A stretch of DNA of 55,004 nucleotides, the filler included, from Sphacelaria rigidula (Eukaryota): the NCBI GenBank assembly GCA_964200075.2. It is 4 parts of 4 records of this genome, joined end to end, with 100 filler letters (N's around TTAATTAATTAA, not from the genome) between each part and the next. Parts side by side here need not be neighbours in the genome. Positions count along the whole stretch, not along the records: positions 41,334 to 55,004 come from CAXNAA020002731.1; 3 more parts are not named here. One strand, given 5' to 3'. The notes below the pieces were generated by a model. It did not search any database. It was not told the DNA's origin and saw only the letters and a program-made list of their open reading frames with translations. This document shows, piece by piece, positions 49,650 through 55,004 of the stretch; the first letter of the stretch is position 1, and each line of letters begins with the position of its first letter. A program made the position numbers and the translations under genes.

Positions 49650-51303
49650 GTCCATTCCTGCTTATGAAATATACAACGTCTTCGGTGGGATCGGTGATAC
49701 GTCCCATGGGGGATTCATCGATAGGCTGAGCTGGTTTGGGCAAGCATGACAGAAAGTCGGCGTTTGCATTCTGGGGGGCTGTGCGGTACTTCAGTTGAAA
49801 GTTGTAAGACGACAGGATTTGGAACCAGCGTTGGACCCTAGCGTTGTGTTCCGCCATTTTGGCAAGGCTTTCCAAAGACTTGTGGTCGACATAAATCACA
49901 AACGGGATGTCATACAAATACTGACGCAGACGTCGCACGCCCCAAACAACTGTCCCAGTCTCTTGTTCCATGACAGACCCCTTCTGTTCATTCGGAAAAG
50001 TGGTGCGACTCAGATAGACAATGGGACGAACAGTAGCATCGACTTGCTCCTGTTCTAATGTGCAGCAAAACCCAATTTTGGAAGAATCTCTGTGGAGCCG
50101 GAAAGGGTGGGAACCCTGCTCCGCGGCCGACCAGCCGGGGAAGACGAGAATCGGCGGGCGCGAAAGGGTGTTAAGAAGACGGCGTACGGTTTTCTCCATT
50201 TCCAATGTGAACACAAATTTCACCCCTTTTTTTAGAAGGGTTGTGAGGGGCTTTAGCGTGCGGGCAAGGTTTGGCAAGTACTGCCTGTAGTAGCTTAGAC
50301 CTCCCAACAAGGAACGCAGTTGAGAACTGTCCCGTGGCATGGGTATATCGGAGAGTGCGGCGACCTTGTCGAGGTTGGGGCTACGACGTTCGGGGGTGAT
50401 GCAATGACCCAAGAACTCAATCTTCGTGGCGCCAATGCGGGATTTGGAGGGGGCGAGTTCCAAGTTGTGTTGTTCAAACCGATGAAAGAATTATGCCAAC
50501 TGTTCGACGTCTTTAGCCGATGTGGAGTCGTGGCACACCGCTTCATCAAGGTACATACGGCATTTGGGCAATCAATCCGTTACACGGAACATTACACGTT
50601 GAAACGCACCTGGAGCTCCGGCGGCACCTTGTGGTGTAACCAGCCACTCGTGTAAACCTGATGGCGTGCAAAACGCTGTCAGTTCAATGGAATTTGGATC
50701 CATCACGAGCTGGTGGTAGCCGGACTGCATGTCAAAGTTCGAAAATACTTTACCCCCGCCAAGAGAGTCAATAATTTCATCAATCCGTGGAAGTGGCAGC
50801 CGTGCGATTTTGGTGACAGCATTCAATCGTTGATAATTGACCGTCAGTCTGATTTTGCCGTTCTTCTCACGGACGACTACTAAAGGCGAGGCCCACGGAG
50901 ACGTCGAGTGCCGAATTAAACCGGCGGATAAGTAACCATCGAGAATTACCTGGATCTTATCCGCTAAGAGGGAGTTCGTACGGTACGGACGCATAGCGAT
51001 AGGCGGAGTGCCATCAGGAGTTTTGATTTTAAACGGTGTCGTGGTACATCGGCCTAAATCCAAGGGTGCAGTAGAAAACCGTTCAGAATATCTAATCAAG
51101 ATGGATCTCAATCTATCGATTACAGCGGGTGTCCAACCATCGCCAGATAGATCAAAAACAAAATGCCGTAAGTGAGGGGGAATGTCATCCCACAAGTGCT
51201 GAAAACTGGCGCGTTGTTCTGGAGAAAATCTATCCAGTAATGCAGTTGGAGGTTGAGGGTCAGGCGCATCCGGTGGATTTGTCACCACCATGGGGTCAGG
51301 CAT
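49650..51303 (-). pseudogene. pol: Gypsy pol reverse transcriptase and RNase H, inactivated
   Basis: One continuous frame read through two premature stops (TGA at 50572-50574, TAA near 50492). The catalytic motif reads YLDE instead of YxDD. Confidence 0.92.
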
Positions 51304-54300
51304 GTGTAGCGGAGGGGGGCCCGTTGATTTCGGGGGTGGGGTCGGTCGGCGAGTTGTTGTTCACCGGGGGGCACACATCTGACAGGGCGGTTCGTACAAG
51401 AGCCGCTTGAGCATAACCCAACAACTGACCGTTGAGTCTATCGAAACATGCAGGGGACGTGAGGTGAATGGCCTGCCTACCTTCGTGGACAAAGACTTCG
51501 GTCTGTTCAAACGGACCAACGTGTGCTTGGTCAGGTTTGAGCAATTCGACCAAATAATGTCCTGTGAGGGCGGGCGATCCATTACGTCTCACGAGATTCA
51601 CTTGGATAAGTTGGGGTTCACGAGAAAGCGAGACTACAGGTTCACCAACACAGTACAGACGGAAATCAATACCTGTTTGCGTGGGGTCATCCCCATAAGC
51701 ATGAGCTCCCGAATCAGTGTCGAAGTGACCCAGTGACAGTTTGCCTGTGACTGGACGGTTCGGGACAGGTGTGTCCATCGTGTACGTGTGTGCGGAAAAA
51801 CTAAGCGAACTATCTCGACCCAACAAAACGTCAAAGTACGTGGAACCGTCGGGTACTATTAGTACCCATACGGACAACCGAGCAGTGGGAGTAGTATCCT
51901 GGTAGAATTGTACACTTAGTCTCACCGATTGATTGACCGTAAGAGATGTGGAGGAACCAAACAAACCAAAACATGAGGGCGCACGATGGACAGACAATGC
52001 TCGTCCGCCGCACCTGCGTTGATCATTTGTTGCCAGCAGCTGGCTGTCATAAACGTTTGAGGTGAACCAGAGTCTGGTAATGCAAGAGCTATCAAATGAC
52101 AGTTTGCACGCGCTCCACTATGTAAACCTATCTTGGTCGTAAAAGGAGCATCATCCAAAGTTGCAGTACCACTGAAGAGATCGGGCCCGAATTCGGGTAA
52201 GACATCTGACACATCCTGCTTTGCGTTTTTAACGAAGGTGCTAAAATACATCCGTTGATGATCCTGTGGGACAAGCTAGGATGCAAACGTCCATGAGTCG
52301 GCGAAGTCGCTGTCCCTACAAACGGCAACGCTTCATCGGAAATGGGTTCTAACGCAGTGCACGAGGGGTGGTCAGGGAGCAGTAACGATCTGTTCGAAAT
52401 CTGGGGAGTACCGGCCTGTTCCACTCTAAGGTTTTGATCTGTCTGAGCCCATACGCAATCTCTTCCTTGGAGTTCACGTGTGCTTGCTACATCAGGGTTA
52501 TCTACATGATCATCTGGAGGACCCCGCCTAGGGTGACGCGTATAGCGCACGAAAGGGTCGGCGGCTCCAGGAGCTATTGAAATGAGTTCTCGGACAGCCG
52601 AACCTAGGTCACGCTCTTGGCGCACCACCTGAGTCGCTATCACTTGGGGTTCCATTCCAACCCGCTGAGCGACGGAAAGCATGAGTTCTTTGCGGTTGCG
52701 ACCCTCAAAGGAATAATTACGCTCATCAAATAAAAGGGAACCGGGTACCGTAGTTTTTGCGGAACTCGGTAGGGTGGTTAGCCGGGCGGACACTTGAGCA
52801 GTTGGGGGGTGCTTGAGTGTGTGGCTTTGAATATGGTATTCTCCGATGAACAGTCCAAGAGACAGTGTCTACCGTACCAGAAGATATTACGGCTCCGGAT
52901 GCGTAAGAAACTGCACTACATGACTTCCTCTCCTCCGAAGGGGAGGGGTTCCGATTGAATATGATTAGTACCTGGTGGATGTACAACTGGGTGATCAAAT
53001 CCAGGATTAAAACGTTGGGTTTGGCCATTGTTCAATTGATAGCCATGCAACGGTGCACGGACTTCGACTGTCTTGGAACTCTTCAAGGCAGTGTCAGCAT
53101 ATCCAGGGAACCCACACCACATGGTTGAACCCGCGGGGGCCACCGCTGGTTTGTGCGTGTGATGTGTGTGACCTGGCCGAGCGAATCAAAATGGTTGACA
53201 TAAAATTGTTGGATACTTCTGCAGTGAATTGCCGGTCATTGTTTATTTCTAATTGTGGGATTGTAACAATCAATGAGAAATAAACTACAGAAGTAGAAAA
53301 TAAAGAGGCAGGTGGCGGCGCTTAGGTTTTGGGCTAAGCAACGCGTCCTGGGTTACCCCACTGTATGCTATTTGGAATCTCCGGAACTTGTATAACGTTC
53401 CCAAAAGGTTGTCAAGTTGTGAGGTGAGCACCAGTGCTGTGTGGGTACCGCCCTGGCGGGGTTCAGCCGCGGCACTAGGTCCACTCATGTGTAAACGTCT
53501 ACCGTTTTGTGAATGGGCCGGTGAATGTGGTTGAAAGTGTGCCAGGTAAGGTGGGTCAGGTGGTGAATCAGTTGTCGCTTCTGGGGCGGAGAAGGCGACC
53601 GTACGAACGCAGTTGTGATTGCCAGACTCGCCAACATAGTCCAAAATGACGCGAAGCTTCCAACCTCGTCAACAGCTTATATTCTTGCTCCGCAATTTCC
53701 AGAGTCTTCGTGGATTTGCGTATCGCGCGTTTTAGTCCGCTCTGTTCCGTTGACTTTTTCTCGGAATGGACATCTATCTTACGGGGGACCTGCGCGGACT
53801 CTTGCACCCCTGAAAAACCCTCATGTTGACCCGTCTGGAGGCGGGCAAATTCCATCTCTCTCAACGCACGTTCAAGCTGTGCTAAATTGCTGTTATCGAT
53901 TTGGCCCCAGCACTTTTTTGTTCATTTACCGAAAAGTTGTAACAATGGCGCGGGGGAATGAGGGCTGGGGAAGTTTGTTTGAGCTGGAAATATGTTTCGT
54001 CACGCGTGGGCGGGTATTGTTCTCGCTTGGGCTGGTCATCAGCAGCCAGAGTGGGGCTACTACAGGTTTCAGCACCGGTTTGGGTGCGGAGGTCATGGGT
54101 GGGAAAGGCTTCCGTAGCATTAGGGCTCACGTGGAGAGATGCCATCTGAGAATGAAAAGTGGGAACACCGTCAGCGTTTTGAGTGGCTGATTGGTGTACA
54201 GGGGAGTGTGCACCAAGGGGGTCAGGGTGAGCATGTGGAGGAGGATTGTATTCATCCACACTCACATTCCTGAAATACGTCCTGCAACAACGCTATCATC

Positions 54301-55004
54301 AACATCAAGACGTTCCGGTTCGTTTTTGCCAACCGCCTCACTACGCATGGTATGGGTTGACTGTACGGTTGTTTTACCATTGCCTGTAGGGAGCGCACCG
54401 TCCTTCGTGACATCGTTCTCCGATGAAGTCGAAGGGCGGTTAATATCAGACATGGCTTGTACGCTTGCGCAATTGCGCCAGACCGGTAACGTAGGGATGC
54501 GGGGGTTGAAAAGTGAACGTTTCGTCGTGGGAGACAGCATAGTTGTTGAGGACTGCGGCGGAGTGAACAAAAATAAAAAGGAATAGAATGGCAGGGTACT
54601 GTCGACAGTTTTCGATCGACATGTAGTTCCGCGCACTCCCCACATGCATGCGGGCTAACACCTTTTCAATCAGGTGCAGACGAAGGAAACAAAATGTCGA
54701 AGGCACACAACAACCAGTATTTGTGTGTATGTGTGTGGTGAATAAACTAAAAGAGCTAAGAGACAAGAAGAAAACGACCGTTGTCACAATCAGGCATACA
54801 ACAGGGTTGCCAGAAAAATGAGAACGTATTTTGAAATGAGAATCAACCGCTCCCCGGGATTGTGTCCATTTTTCGGATTTAGTTTCGCTCGCGTGGGGTT
54901 ACTGTTGCCAGGAATAGTTCCAACGGGCGGCCTACAGAGGGGGACATGATTACTCGGTCATGATGGCTGTTGCGTGGAGCATGAACGTCTTCGGCAACAC
55001 TACT

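Larger units (their letters stand above)
46644..54500 (-). mobile_element. Decayed Ty3/Gypsy LTR retrotransposon with chromodomain integrase, internal region; LTRs not identifiable in the window
   Basis: Minus-strand domain order is Gypsy-type. A fragmented gag-like region (~52700-54450) is followed by protease ALPDSGSPQTF (~52070), RT (SPWASPLVVV..RLTVNYQRLN..DMQSGYHQ..PQG), RNase H (DSSKIG..VDHKSL..NANADFLS), integrase and chromodomain. Several stops and frameshifts. Confidence 0.95.

Overview
Eukaryotic, intron-rich and repeat-rich DNA. Gene structure and repeat style suggest a brown alga or other stramenopile (inference). The window is not one locus. It is four unrelated ~13.7 kb scaffolds (1-13678, 13779-27456, 27557-41233, 41334-55004) joined by artificial 100-bp linkers (44N-TTAATTAATTAA-44N). 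Scaffold 1 holds the last five exons of an NADP-dependent isocitrate dehydrogenase (minus strand) and a probable Helitron remnant. Scaffold 2 holds the first three exons of a membrane-anchored GT2 glycosyltransferase (minus), head-to-head and 194 bp from a small coiled-coil gene (plus). The 6.3 kb first intron of the GT2 gene is packed with nested MITEs and a 42-bp hairpin array. Scaffold 3 holds two exons of an MFS-type transporter (plus), many MITEs and a frameshifted ASCH-like fragment. Scaffold 4 holds a decayed Ty3/Gypsy retrotransposon (protease, RT, RNase H, integrase, chromodomain; minus), mariner-like foldback elements and another Helitron-like fragment. No rRNA, intact tRNA or CRISPR array is supported. 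I found no clearly new multi-gene system. The best leads are the GT2 gene as a possible arsenosugar-type transferase, a hairpin-bearing motif shared downstream of two Helitron-like remnants, and several unclassified structured repeat families.
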